The notes beneath the pieces were generated by a model. It did no database searches and was not told where the DNA came from. It was given only the letters and a program-made list of their open reading frames with translations. Position numbers and translations under genes: made by a program. A stretch of DNA of 25,000 nt from Phycisphaerales bacterium (lineage in GTDB: Bacteria; Planctomycetota; Phycisphaerae; Phycisphaerales; SM1A02): assembly GCA_029248335.1 (NCBI GenBank), contig JAQWJM010000050.1:1-25000 (forward strand), written 5' to 3'. Positions 8,853 through 16,905 of this stretch are shown here, in pieces (position 1 is the first letter of the stretch; every line of letters starts with the position of its first letter).

Positions 8853-9400
8853 TCGACCACCTCGGGCTTGAGGACGCCGATGAACGGAAGGTTCCGGTAG
8901 AGCCCGTCGTAATCGAGTCCGTAGCCGACGACGAAGGCGTCGGGAATCTCGAAGCCGATGAGATCCGGTCGGAGATCGACCTCGTACCGGGAGGGCTTGG
9001 CGAGGAGCACGCAGATCGTGACGCTCGCGGCGCCGCGTTCCCGCACCAGTCGATCCAGCAGGCTGAGGGTGTTGCCGGTGTCGAAGATGTCGTCGACCAG
9101 CACGATGTGCTGTCCTTCGAGATTCTCAGGCACCGCACCCCGGATCCGGGCCCCCCTCGACTCGGTGGTCGCACCGGCGTAGCTCGAGATGGTGACCACG
9201 TCGAGTCGCATCTTCTGGGGAAGCTGGCGGATCAGGTCGGCGGTGAACACCAGGCTGCCGGTGAGCACCGGTACGAGCACCACCGGTTCATCCCGCTCGG
9301 CGAGCGGCGACAGGCGACGACCGAGTTCGGCGGCGATCTCCTCCACCCGGCTGGCGATCACGTCCGAGGCGAGCAGGATTTCCGAGAGTTCGTCGTGCAT
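8849..9400 (-). CDS. hpt: Hypoxanthine-guanine phosphoribosyltransferase
   Basis: VLVDDIFDTGNTL is the PRPP-binding motif. Length is 183 aa. The N-terminus MHDELSEILLASDVIASRVEEIA is typical of Hpt. Confidence 0.9.
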   Translation of the reverse strand: MHDELSEILLASDVIASRVEEIAAELGRRLSPLAERDEPVVLVPVLTGSLVFTADLIRQLPQKMRLDVVTISSYAGATTESRGARIRGAVPENLEGQHIVLVDDIFDTGNTLSLLDRLVRERGAASVTICVLLAKPSRYEVDLRPDLIGFEIPDAFVVGYGLDYDGLYRNLPFIGVLKPEVVE

Positions 9401-9491
9401 GTCGCGTCCCTGCGTTCGAGATCGTGTTCGGGGGTCGGGTCGGTTCCGGCGACGACACCGAAGCCTGTGAATCGCGGATGAATCGGCGGCA

Positions 9492-11045
9492 TCAGCCTCG
9501 GAGCAGATCGAAGAGTCGCTTTCGAACGTCCTGCGCGTCGGCCTGTCCGCCCGACGCCTTCATCACCGCACCGACCAGTCGGCCGATCGCGGCATCCTTC
9601 CCGTTTCGAACGTCCTCGGCGGCCTGCGGCTGGGCGACCACCGCGTCGGCGAGCCACTGATTGATCGCGGACTCGTCGCGTACCGCCACCAGATCGTTCG
9701 CTTCCGCGAGGGACGCGATCGGTTCCGGGGAATCCGCCGCGAGTTCGAGCAGCGGATCGATCGCCTGCGCAGGCAGGGTGCCGTCCCGACGAAGTGCGAG
9801 CAGATCGGCGATCTGATTCGCATTGATGCCGAGGTCCGGGACGCCGATACCCTGTTCGTTCGCCCGCTTCGCCATCTGGTTGAGGAGCAGCTTCGCGGCC
9901 TCGTGCCCCGCGGCCGAGGCGGGCGGCGGCACGGGCAGCGACGCCTGGGCGTCGACCACGCGTTCGAAGTAGAGACACAGTTCGCGATCCTCGACCAGGG
10001 CCGCCGCGTCCTTCTCGGGGAGACCGAAGTCGTCCCGGTACCGCGCCCGTCGGGCGATCGGCAGCTCGGGGATCTCCGCCCGGATCCGATCCTTCCACGC
10101 CTCGTCCATCTCGACCGGGAGCAGGTCCGGCTCCGGGAAGTAGCGATAGTCGTGGGCGTCCTCCTTCTCCCGCTGCAGCACGGTGACCAGACGCTCGTCG
10201 TCCCAGCCGCGGGTCTGCTTCATCCCCATGCCCATCACCCGCCCGGTCTCGAGGAACTCGTCGATCTGACGCTCCATCTCGTGCCGGATCGCGCCTTCGA
10301 CCGCGCGGAAGCTGTTGAGGTTCTTGATCTCGATCACCGGCGTCCGGAACTCCCGACCGTCCGTGGTGTCGATGACCAGGTTGATGTTCGGCTCGAACCG
10401 CATGTGCCCCTTCTGCATCACGCCCTCGGTGACCCCGAGGAAGCGACAGAGGGTGCGGAGTTCGCGCGCGAAGATCACGACGTCCTCGGGGCAGTCGAAG
10501 TCGGGCTCGGTGACGATCTCGAGCAGCGGCGTGCCGGCCCGGTTCAGGTCGACGAGACTTCCCGCGAACCGACCACCACCCGGGAGATCGTGCCCGAGCT
10601 TGCCGGTGTCCTCCTCGAGGTGCGCCCGCGTGATCCCGATGCGACGCATGCCGCCGTCGGCATCGGAACTCGACGACGGGATGTCGACCGCCCCGTCGAA
10701 GCAGAGCGGCAGGTCGTACTGGCTGATCTGGTAGCCCTTGGGGAGATCCGGGTACGCGTAGTTCTTGCGATCCCACTTCGCATGCTCGGCGATCGAGCAG
10801 CCGAGGGCCATCCCGACCTTCGCGGACATCTCGACCGCGTGCCGGTTCATCACCGGCAGGGTGCCCGGCAGGGCCGCGACCAGGGGATCGACGAGGGTGT
10901 TCGGTTCCGCGTCCTCGAACTCCGGGCAGGCCGGATTGGCGGCTCGCGTGAACATCTTCGACCGGGTCGAGAGTTCCACGTGGATCTCGAGGCCGACGAT
11001 GAGTCGGGTCGAGGCGATATCGTCTCTGGTGAGGCCGGTCTTCAT
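9492..11045 (-). CDS. gatB: Asp-tRNA(Asn)/Glu-tRNA(Gln) amidotransferase subunit B
   Basis: N-terminal VGLEIHVELSTRSKMF and the C-terminal YqeY-like tail (AIGRLVGAVMKASGGQADAQDV) are present. Length is 517 aa. It sits upstream of hpt on the same strand. Confidence 0.95.
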   Translation of the reverse strand: MKTGLTRDDIASTRLIVGLEIHVELSTRSKMFTRAANPACPEFEDAEPNTLVDPLVAALPGTLPVMNRHAVEMSAKVGMALGCSIAEHAKWDRKNYAYPDLPKGYQISQYDLPLCFDGAVDIPSSSSDADGGMRRIGITRAHLEEDTGKLGHDLPGGGRFAGSLVDLNRAGTPLLEIVTEPDFDCPEDVVIFARELRTLCRFLGVTEGVMQKGHMRFEPNINLVIDTTDGREFRTPVIEIKNLNSFRAVEGAIRHEMERQIDEFLETGRVMGMGMKQTRGWDDERLVTVLQREKEDAHDYRYFPEPDLLPVEMDEAWKDRIRAEIPELPIARRARYRDDFGLPEKDAAALVEDRELCLYFERVVDAQASLPVPPPASAAGHEAAKLLLNQMAKRANEQGIGVPDLGINANQIADLLALRRDGTLPAQAIDPLLELAADSPEPIASLAEANDLVAVRDESAINQWLADAVVAQPQAAEDVRNGKDAAIGRLVGAVMKASGGQADAQDVRKRLFDLLRG

Positions 11046-11121
11046 GCGATCCGCATTCTACGGTTCAATGGCGACCGCACCAGCATCGTGCCCGATCGAC
11101 CGGCCACCCGGAGGCGAGAAC

Positions 11122-12327
11122 ATGCCAGGACCGAAGAACCAGTTTCCGACCCGATCGATCCTCGCCGGCGTGCTGGCGATCGTCACGCTCGCCACGAGCC
11201 CGGACGGCATCGCCGCCGGCCCGACGGCCGCGACCCCGGATGTCGGACGGATGACCATCGACGGAGATCCGCTCCGACCGAACGCCCTCTACAACCGGAT
11301 CGGACGACCGATTCCGGTGGTGTTGTCACTCCGTGGCCGGACCGAGGTGCCCGAGGACGGGTTCGACCTCGTGCTCCTGGCCCCGGACGGCACCGTCCTC
11401 GCCAGCGCGATCGGCGGCGCCGCCGGCGAATTCGATCTGCTGGAAGCCCTTCCCGCCATCGCCGACCTGACCACCACCGCCCGGGTCCAGGTCATCGCGG
11501 ACGGCATCGCGACGGGGTCGCCGCTGGTGATCCAACCGATGGTCGGTCGAACGCCGGTCCGCACCACCCGCGACTATCGCCCCGGAACCACGGACCAGTA
11601 CACGCGGATCATCGGCTTCGGCGAGGAACTCCTCGATCCCGACGACGCCTCGGACGTCGCGGTCCTCGAGCGGGCGAAGGCCGCCCCCGACTGGGATCCG
11701 GGTGAGCCGCCGGTGCTGACCGGATTCCGGATCTTCCCCGACCGCGACGTGCTGGTCGACACGACCCTCGGTCCGATCCGGGTCGCCCTCGCGCCGGAAG
11801 CCGCCCCGAACACCGCGTGGAACTTCCGGCACCTCGCGGAAAACGGTTTCTACGACGACACCACCTTCCACCGAGTGGTCCACTTCGACCGCACCGGTCG
11901 ACGATTCGTGATCCAGGGCGGCGATCCGAGCGGCACCGGCAACGGCAGCGCGGGTTGGGATCTCCCGATGGAACGATCCACGCTGCCGCACGACCTCGGC
12001 GTCATCTCGATGGCCCGGGCCGATCATCCCGACAGTGCGGGCAGCCAGTTCTTCTTCTGCCTCGGACGCCCGGGCACCGCCCGGCTCGACGGTCAGTACT
12101 GCGCCTTCGGCTACGCGGTGGAGGGCGACAAGGCGATCGCGGACATCGCGGACGTCGAGATCGAGGACGTCGCCGCGGGAAGACCGACCGAGCCGCCGGA
12201 GATCACGCGGATGACCCTCGTCCCCGCGCCGCCGCAGACTCCCGGCGACGATCGCGCCGAACGCCGGATCCAGTCGTGGTGGACGCCCGAAGTCGTCGAC
12301 GAACCCGAGACGCGTCAGCCGCGATAG
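11122..12327 (+). CDS. Secreted cyclophilin-type peptidyl-prolyl cis-trans isomerase with a ~230-aa N-terminal domain of unknown function
   Basis: GGAGG sits 7 nt upstream of ATG 11122. A signal-like helix (ILAGVLAIVTLATSP) follows. The C-terminal half carries cyclophilin motifs (FHRVVHFDRTGRRFVIQGGDPSGTGNGSAG, SMARADHPDSAGSQFFFCL). The ORF track extends to 10765, but that stretch is antisense to gatB. Confidence 0.85.
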   Translation: MPGPKNQFPTRSILAGVLAIVTLATSPDGIAAGPTAATPDVGRMTIDGDPLRPNALYNRIGRPIPVVLSLRGRTEVPEDGFDLVLLAPDGTVLASAIGGAAGEFDLLEALPAIADLTTTARVQVIADGIATGSPLVIQPMVGRTPVRTTRDYRPGTTDQYTRIIGFGEELLDPDDASDVAVLERAKAAPDWDPGEPPVLTGFRIFPDRDVLVDTTLGPIRVALAPEAAPNTAWNFRHLAENGFYDDTTFHRVVHFDRTGRRFVIQGGDPSGTGNGSAGWDLPMERSTLPHDLGVISMARADHPDSAGSQFFFCLGRPGTARLDGQYCAFGYAVEGDKAIADIADVEIEDVAAGRPTEPPEITRMTLVPAPPQTPGDDRAERRIQSWWTPEVVDEPETRQPR

Positions 12328-12444
12328 AACGCGGGTCGACGGATGATTCCCGTCCCGACCGCGAGGCTCCCGAGACGGAAACCCCGAGTGGGACGGAATC
12401 CGATCGTCGCACGCGACTCGCCACCGTCACCACCGGACCTGCGT

Positions 12445-14082
12445 TCAGTCCGCGGTCTCCCCGTCGCCTTCACCCGAGGACTTCGGCCGCCTCGGGTTGA
12501 CCACGGTCGGTGAGCCGAGCCCGCCGGTGATGATCGTGGGATTCCCCGGCCCGTCGCTCTCCGCCTTCGCCACGTTGACCGCGGCGTTGGCTTCGAGACT
12601 CGCCTTGAGGACCCGCTCCATCTGGGCGGAGTGCTTGTCGTTTCGCTGGCGTTCCTGTTCGAGCTGGCGACGAAGCAGATCCGCGATCTCCTCGCTGTTC
12701 CGCCCTTCGACCTTCCAACGTTCCGCCAGCGCCGCGGCGACCGCGGGGCTGGTCTCCGCCGCCATCGCCAGCAACTGGTCGGGCGACATGCCCTTCTGCT
12801 TCTCGAGCCGTTCGAGCTCGAGCAGCGCCTCGCTGTCACCGAGGCCGAGCGCGATCTTGGTGGCGGTATCGGCCTCCGCGACCGTCTTCATCCGCTCGCG
12901 TTCGAGTTCGACGTCCTGCATCTTCTTCCGGCGACGGGCATCGAGCGTGTCTTCGCGGATCTTCTTCGCGAGTTCCCAGTCCTTGGCGTCCCCGTCGCGG
13001 CCGACGTCCCGGGCCTGTTCGTCGGCCTTCGCGGTCTCGATCCTGGCTTCGAGGAACGCGACGAGATCGGCCGCCTCCTCCACCCGCTCGTGCTCCCGCT
13101 GCGATTCGTCCAGCGCCTGCTCGTGATCCGACGCCGACTTCTCGCGTCGTTGCTCACTCGTCTGTTCGAACGCCAGCGCGTCGGACTCGAGGCTTGCCTC
13201 GAGCCGGGCGAGTTCGTCGCCTCGAAGCGTGTCCTTCAAGCCGAGTTCGTGGGTCGCCTGGTTGATCCGCTCCCTCAGATCGACCTCGTGACTCCGCTTC
13301 TCCGCCACCTTCTCGCGGACCCGCCGAAGCACGTCGATCTTGGCTTCCTGGAAGTCCGCCTCGTTCTCGTATCGATCGACGAGCGTCTCCCTGGAACGAC
13401 GATCACGATCGCGATCGACGGTCTCCAGACTGTTGCCGATCTCGGCGTCGACGCGGCGCCCACGGACTTCGTCATAGCGTTCGGATTTGACGGTCGTCAC
13501 GCTGACCGCGACGACGTGGAACCCGAAACGCTCGAGGCTCACGGCCAGACGTGACTGCAGCTGCCGCTGCGTCTCGCCTCGAAGCGCGGGATTCCCGTAG
13601 AGATCCTCGATCGGATGGATCCCGGTGAATGCGAGCAGCGCGTCGAGAATCTCCGGATGGAGATGCGACTTGAAGTCGTCGAGCAGATACCGCCGGCGAT
13701 CCTTCATGACGTTCTGGTAGAAGGCCTCCGGCTGGTCGAGTCGGACCACCAGTCGCACGCCCATCTCGAGTTCGATGTGCTCGGCGCTCGCGAGATTCTC
13801 GATCTCGAAATCCATCGACACGTCGCCCGCATCGGTCAGGATCAGCGCGGTCGGATCCTTTCCGCGGAGGAACTTCCGAAGCGGACCGTCGACGTCGTGT
13901 TCGCCGGCCTCGAGCCGGCCCTGCAGGACGCCGCACTCGAAGATGATGGCCTCCGTGCCCTCGTACACCACGTAGGGCTTGTTGCCCCACACCGTGGCGA
14001 CGTCCTCGGCTTCGATGCGGATCGCGAGATCGTTCGGTTCACGTTCCCAGCGATCACTCTTCGGCTTGCTGAACCAACCCAT
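12445..14082 (-). CDS. SPFH/band-7 domain protein with a long C-terminal coiled coil (flotillin-like)
   Basis: ATG 14082 is preceded by GGAAGGAG. The N-terminal ~200 aa fit the SPFH pattern (DVSMDFEIENLASAEHIELEMGVRLVVRLDQPEAFYQNV ... HPEILDALLAFTGIHPIEDLY). After that the sequence is E/R/A/L-rich heptad-like. The upstream extension in the ORF track lacks an SD. Confidence 0.65.
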   Translation of the reverse strand: MGWFSKPKSDRWEREPNDLAIRIEAEDVATVWGNKPYVVYEGTEAIIFECGVLQGRLEAGEHDVDGPLRKFLRGKDPTALILTDAGDVSMDFEIENLASAEHIELEMGVRLVVRLDQPEAFYQNVMKDRRRYLLDDFKSHLHPEILDALLAFTGIHPIEDLYGNPALRGETQRQLQSRLAVSLERFGFHVVAVSVTTVKSERYDEVRGRRVDAEIGNSLETVDRDRDRRSRETLVDRYENEADFQEAKIDVLRRVREKVAEKRSHEVDLRERINQATHELGLKDTLRGDELARLEASLESDALAFEQTSEQRREKSASDHEQALDESQREHERVEEAADLVAFLEARIETAKADEQARDVGRDGDAKDWELAKKIREDTLDARRRKKMQDVELERERMKTVAEADTATKIALGLGDSEALLELERLEKQKGMSPDQLLAMAAETSPAVAAALAERWKVEGRNSEEIADLLRRQLEQERQRNDKHSAQMERVLKASLEANAAVNVAKAESDGPGNPTIITGGLGSPTVVNPRRPKSSGEGDGETAD

Positions 14083-14102
14083 GGGGAGCTCCTTCCAGAC
14101 GC

Positions 14103-14810
14103 TCAGTGCTTGAGGTTTCTTGACTTCAGGGCGAGCGCGAGTCTGCGCCGGGAGAAGAGGAGTACGACGGCCAGGCCGCAGCCGACCACCGTACCGGAGA
14201 TCACCGTGGGAACGAACCATGGATCGTCGACCCAGTCCCTTCCCAGTCCCATCGCGAGCGTGGCGGGATCGATCGGGACGGAACCGTCCCCGATGAAGAC
14301 CGCGGACTCGCCGGTCGTGGGATCCGACGTGGTCACTTCGATCCTCGCCTGCGCCGCCAGTCCGCTCTCGTCGATCCGCGCGTATCGAACCCGCCCCCAG
14401 GCGATCACCCCCGGACCGTCCGACGCGACATATTCCAGCACCCGGCTCGCGATCGCCTCGTCGTCATCGACGTCCACCGGATCCGCCCCGCCTCCACTCG
14501 TCGATCCGAGGTCGATCCGTCGGATGCTCCGTCGCCCGGACGCCGCGGTCAACGCGGCTTCGAAGGTGACGGTGGTCATGCCCTCGGCATCACCGAAGAG
14601 CGGCAACACCGCGACGAGTTCGAGCCCCGCGGGCAGGCCCTGCATGATCTTCCCCGCGACGTCGTCGGCCGCGAGCCGCGTCGCGGATTCGATGGCCTGC
14701 CGCGATCCGGGCGGACCGTCGACGACCGGGGTCTGACCGGCGTTCGCCGAGGCCCCGACCAGAAGCAGCAGCGCGAAGACCGTTCGAATCCCTGCATCGA
14801 GTCGCTTCAT
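14103..14810 (-). CDS. Hypothetical secreted/membrane-anchored protein (N-terminal signal peptide, C-terminal TM helix); operon partner of the SPFH gene
   Basis: ATG 14810 is preceded by GAGGGAG. It reads MKRLDAGIRTVFALLLLVGASANAG (signal peptide) and ends with a C-terminal TVISGTVVGCGLAVVLLF helix. There is a 20-nt gap to the SPFH gene start, and a 4-nt overlap with the upstream HTH gene. Confidence 0.5.
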   Translation of the reverse strand: MKRLDAGIRTVFALLLLVGASANAGQTPVVDGPPGSRQAIESATRLAADDVAGKIMQGLPAGLELVAVLPLFGDAEGMTTVTFEAALTAASGRRSIRRIDLGSTSGGGADPVDVDDDEAIASRVLEYVASDGPGVIAWGRVRYARIDESGLAAQARIEVTTSDPTTGESAVFIGDGSVPIDPATLAMGLGRDWVDDPWFVPTVISGTVVGCGLAVVLLFSRRRLALALKSRNLKH

Positions 14811-15169
14811 CGTGAATCTCCCTCGTTCGTCGGTACCGGCGACGCCTGTCGTCTGCCGGCATCCCAGGCTGATTTCCGGATCGGCGCCCCGGTATCGATC
14901 GCATAGCCGCCGATGTCCAGCGCACTCATGATCCGCTCGCCGGTCACGCAACATCGGACCTCCTGAAGCGGGACCAGGGGGCGGCCGATCTCGGAAGCGA
15001 CCGCCTGCTTCGTCGAATCGAAATACGCCTCGAGATCGGTCCGGCTGACCCGGTAGACCCGACCGACCTTCCCGGCGGCGAGATCACCCTTGCGGACCAG
15101 GCGGTAGACCGTCTTGTAATCGACGCCGAGGATCTCCGCTGTTTCTTCGAGACTGAGCAGTTGTTGCAT
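14807..15169 (-). CDS. Excisionase-family helix-turn-helix DNA-binding protein with a ~65-aa C-terminal extension
   Basis: LSLEETAEILGVDYKTVYRLVRKGDLAAGKVGRVYRVSRTDLEAYF matches the excisionase/MerR-like HTH_17 pattern. It is the first gene of the minus-strand operon. Confidence 0.7.
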   Translation of the reverse strand: MQQLLSLEETAEILGVDYKTVYRLVRKGDLAAGKVGRVYRVSRTDLEAYFDSTKQAVASEIGRPLVPLQEVRCCVTGERIMSALDIGGYAIDTGAPIRKSAWDAGRRQASPVPTNEGDSR

Positions 15170-15381
15170 GAAAGGGCTCCTGCGAGAATCCCATCAACTT
15201 GAGGCTCTCGTACCCTTGTTTGGACTCTCTTGCCCCCGCTTTCATCCTTTCGACCGAAATCCGGCCGACGCGGGCGATCAGGGGCCGGAACGCCGAGAAT
15301 GGGGTTTGAACACCGATCGATGCAGGCACCGGGACGACCGTTCCCACCCATATCATCCCGAATCGAGACAGGTCTCCACGA

Positions 15382-16743
15382 ATGAAAGAGTTCGAGTCCC
15401 CGATAGAAATCACGTTCGACGTGAGCCGGATCTACAAGGAACGGCTCGCGGACGTCGCGTCGTTCCGGTTTCGAAATCGGGCCGATGAGCGTTTTCATCT
15501 CGTCGTCAATCTGAGAAGTCGGATCTTCTCCCGCCCGGTCGAAGTCGATCTCAAGCTCGGACCGGCGCAGGTCCGGACGCATCGAATCCCGCTGGAGCTG
15601 CCGTGCCGCGAGACGTGCTCCGAAGGCCGGGGCAGTTCGGGCCGCCATCCCATCCAGATCATGCTCCTGATCTCCGAGGGAGACACGCCGAACGACGAAC
15701 GACACGCCTTCACCGGCGAGAAGATGACCATGGTCCTGGAGGACGACGCCAGTCCCCGGACCATCGTGAACCACATCAACGTGAAGATCGAGCAGCATGG
15801 CGACAAGGCCGGCTGGGGCGCGATCAACGAGATCAACATGCCGGCGGCCGAGATCCAGGACGATCCTGAATCGAACAACGATTTCCTTGAACGACTGAGC
15901 ACGCTTCCTCCCGCGTTCGAGCCGATCCCGCTCGACTACGAAGGCGTGATGGACGCGTCCCGGACCGCGATTCCCTCGATCGTCGACCGCAGTCCCTCGA
16001 CGCCGACGCTCGATCGATGCGCCATCGACCGACCACGAAGCCGCTCGCGGATCCTCGCCCTGACCGGGCGTTCCATCAACTTCGGCAAACGGCGGAAGGA
16101 CGTCGACGTCACCACCTGGCACCTGCCGCGGACGAGTTCCAACGACGAACGAACGAAGCGGATCTCCGGGGTGCAGTGTCGACTGGAGATGACCGGTGAG
16201 GGCATCTGCCTCGAGCATCTTTCCGCCACCAACCAGACCCGCCTCGACGATGTCTCCGTGAAGCAGAGAACGCCGATCGACCTCCATGGAATCTCGAACC
16301 TGCATCTGCCCGGGGGCTTCCAGCTCGAGTTGATCCCGCAACACGTTCCTGCCACCTTCGCGCAACACGCCACCGCCTGGCGTCGCCTCGGTGACGCCAC
16401 CTTCCAGGAGGCGTGCCGCTGGTCCGAGAGGACCCACATCGGCGGCCTCCTGATCCGACGCACCGATGCCCTCCGCTCGGTCGAGGAGTATCTCTGGATC
16501 CTTTCCGCGATCGCGGCGCCGCGATGCGGAGACGACCTGCCTCCGTTCACGCTCGCCGCCATCGAGGGCCTCCACGTCTTCGCGATCGGCTCGGGCAACG
16601 GCGCCACCATTCGAAACGCGGACGACGACGCCCCGATGCTCGAGAACGCCGCCTGTCGACTGGCGATCGACGACTCGGTCGCCTGGGACGACGGACGGCT
16701 CGAATTCAACGAATGGCGACAGTCCGGCCTCGACGACGACTGA
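15382..16743 (+). CDS. FHA (forkhead-associated, phosphothreonine-binding) domain protein; N-terminal 250 aa of unknown function
   Basis: RISGVQCRLEMTGEGICLEHLSATNQTRLDDVSVKQRTPIDLHGISNLHLPGGFQLEL fits the FHA consensus (SRxHa..., LeDLgStNGT, L.dGD.i.lG). Third codon positions are GC-biased. The antisense ORF 14944..16884 is low-complexity. Confidence 0.65.
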   Translation: MKEFESPIEITFDVSRIYKERLADVASFRFRNRADERFHLVVNLRSRIFSRPVEVDLKLGPAQVRTHRIPLELPCRETCSEGRGSSGRHPIQIMLLISEGDTPNDERHAFTGEKMTMVLEDDASPRTIVNHINVKIEQHGDKAGWGAINEINMPAAEIQDDPESNNDFLERLSTLPPAFEPIPLDYEGVMDASRTAIPSIVDRSPSTPTLDRCAIDRPRSRSRILALTGRSINFGKRRKDVDVTTWHLPRTSSNDERTKRISGVQCRLEMTGEGICLEHLSATNQTRLDDVSVKQRTPIDLHGISNLHLPGGFQLELIPQHVPATFAQHATAWRRLGDATFQEACRWSERTHIGGLLIRRTDALRSVEEYLWILSAIAAPRCGDDLPPFTLAAIEGLHVFAIGSGNGATIRNADDDAPMLENAACRLAIDDSVAWDDGRLEFNEWRQSGLDDD

Positions 16744-16905
16744 CCGGACCGCGACCGGAACCCGTGTGCTCGACGCGGATGGAGCGTCACAGGCGAGCTT
16801 CGCAAGACGTGATGATCTTCTCATCGTCGGGCTCCGCGGGTCGCGGTCGGGAGAAGGGGTGTCGATCCACCGAAGTGCCCGCACCCCGGATGGACGATGC
16901 TCGCC

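Noticed and set aside
9358-11705. Long ORFs 9358..10776 (-) and 9903..11705 (+) overlapping gatB
   Set aside because: GatB on the minus strand, in another frame, is unambiguous. These ORFs are R/G/P-rich artefacts.
12631-14736. Plus-strand ORFs 12631..13554 and 13615..14736 opposite the SPFH/secreted genes
   Set aside because: There are no motifs. The minus-strand frames have good SDs, a signal peptide and SPFH-like sequence.
14807-15169. Excisionase-family HTH taken as evidence of an integrated mobile element
   Set aside because: No integrase, transposase, att-like repeats or compositional shift are seen. Excisionase-type HTH domains are widespread as ordinary regulators. tRNA-Cys is 8 kb away and not adjacent.
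14944-16884. 646-aa minus-strand ORF spanning the HTH gene, the divergent spacer and the whole FHA gene
   Set aside because: It would run through a low-GC intergenic region and overlap two motif-bearing genes. The sequence is Arg/Gly/Val/Asp-rich junk. The plus-strand FHA frame shows GC3 bias.
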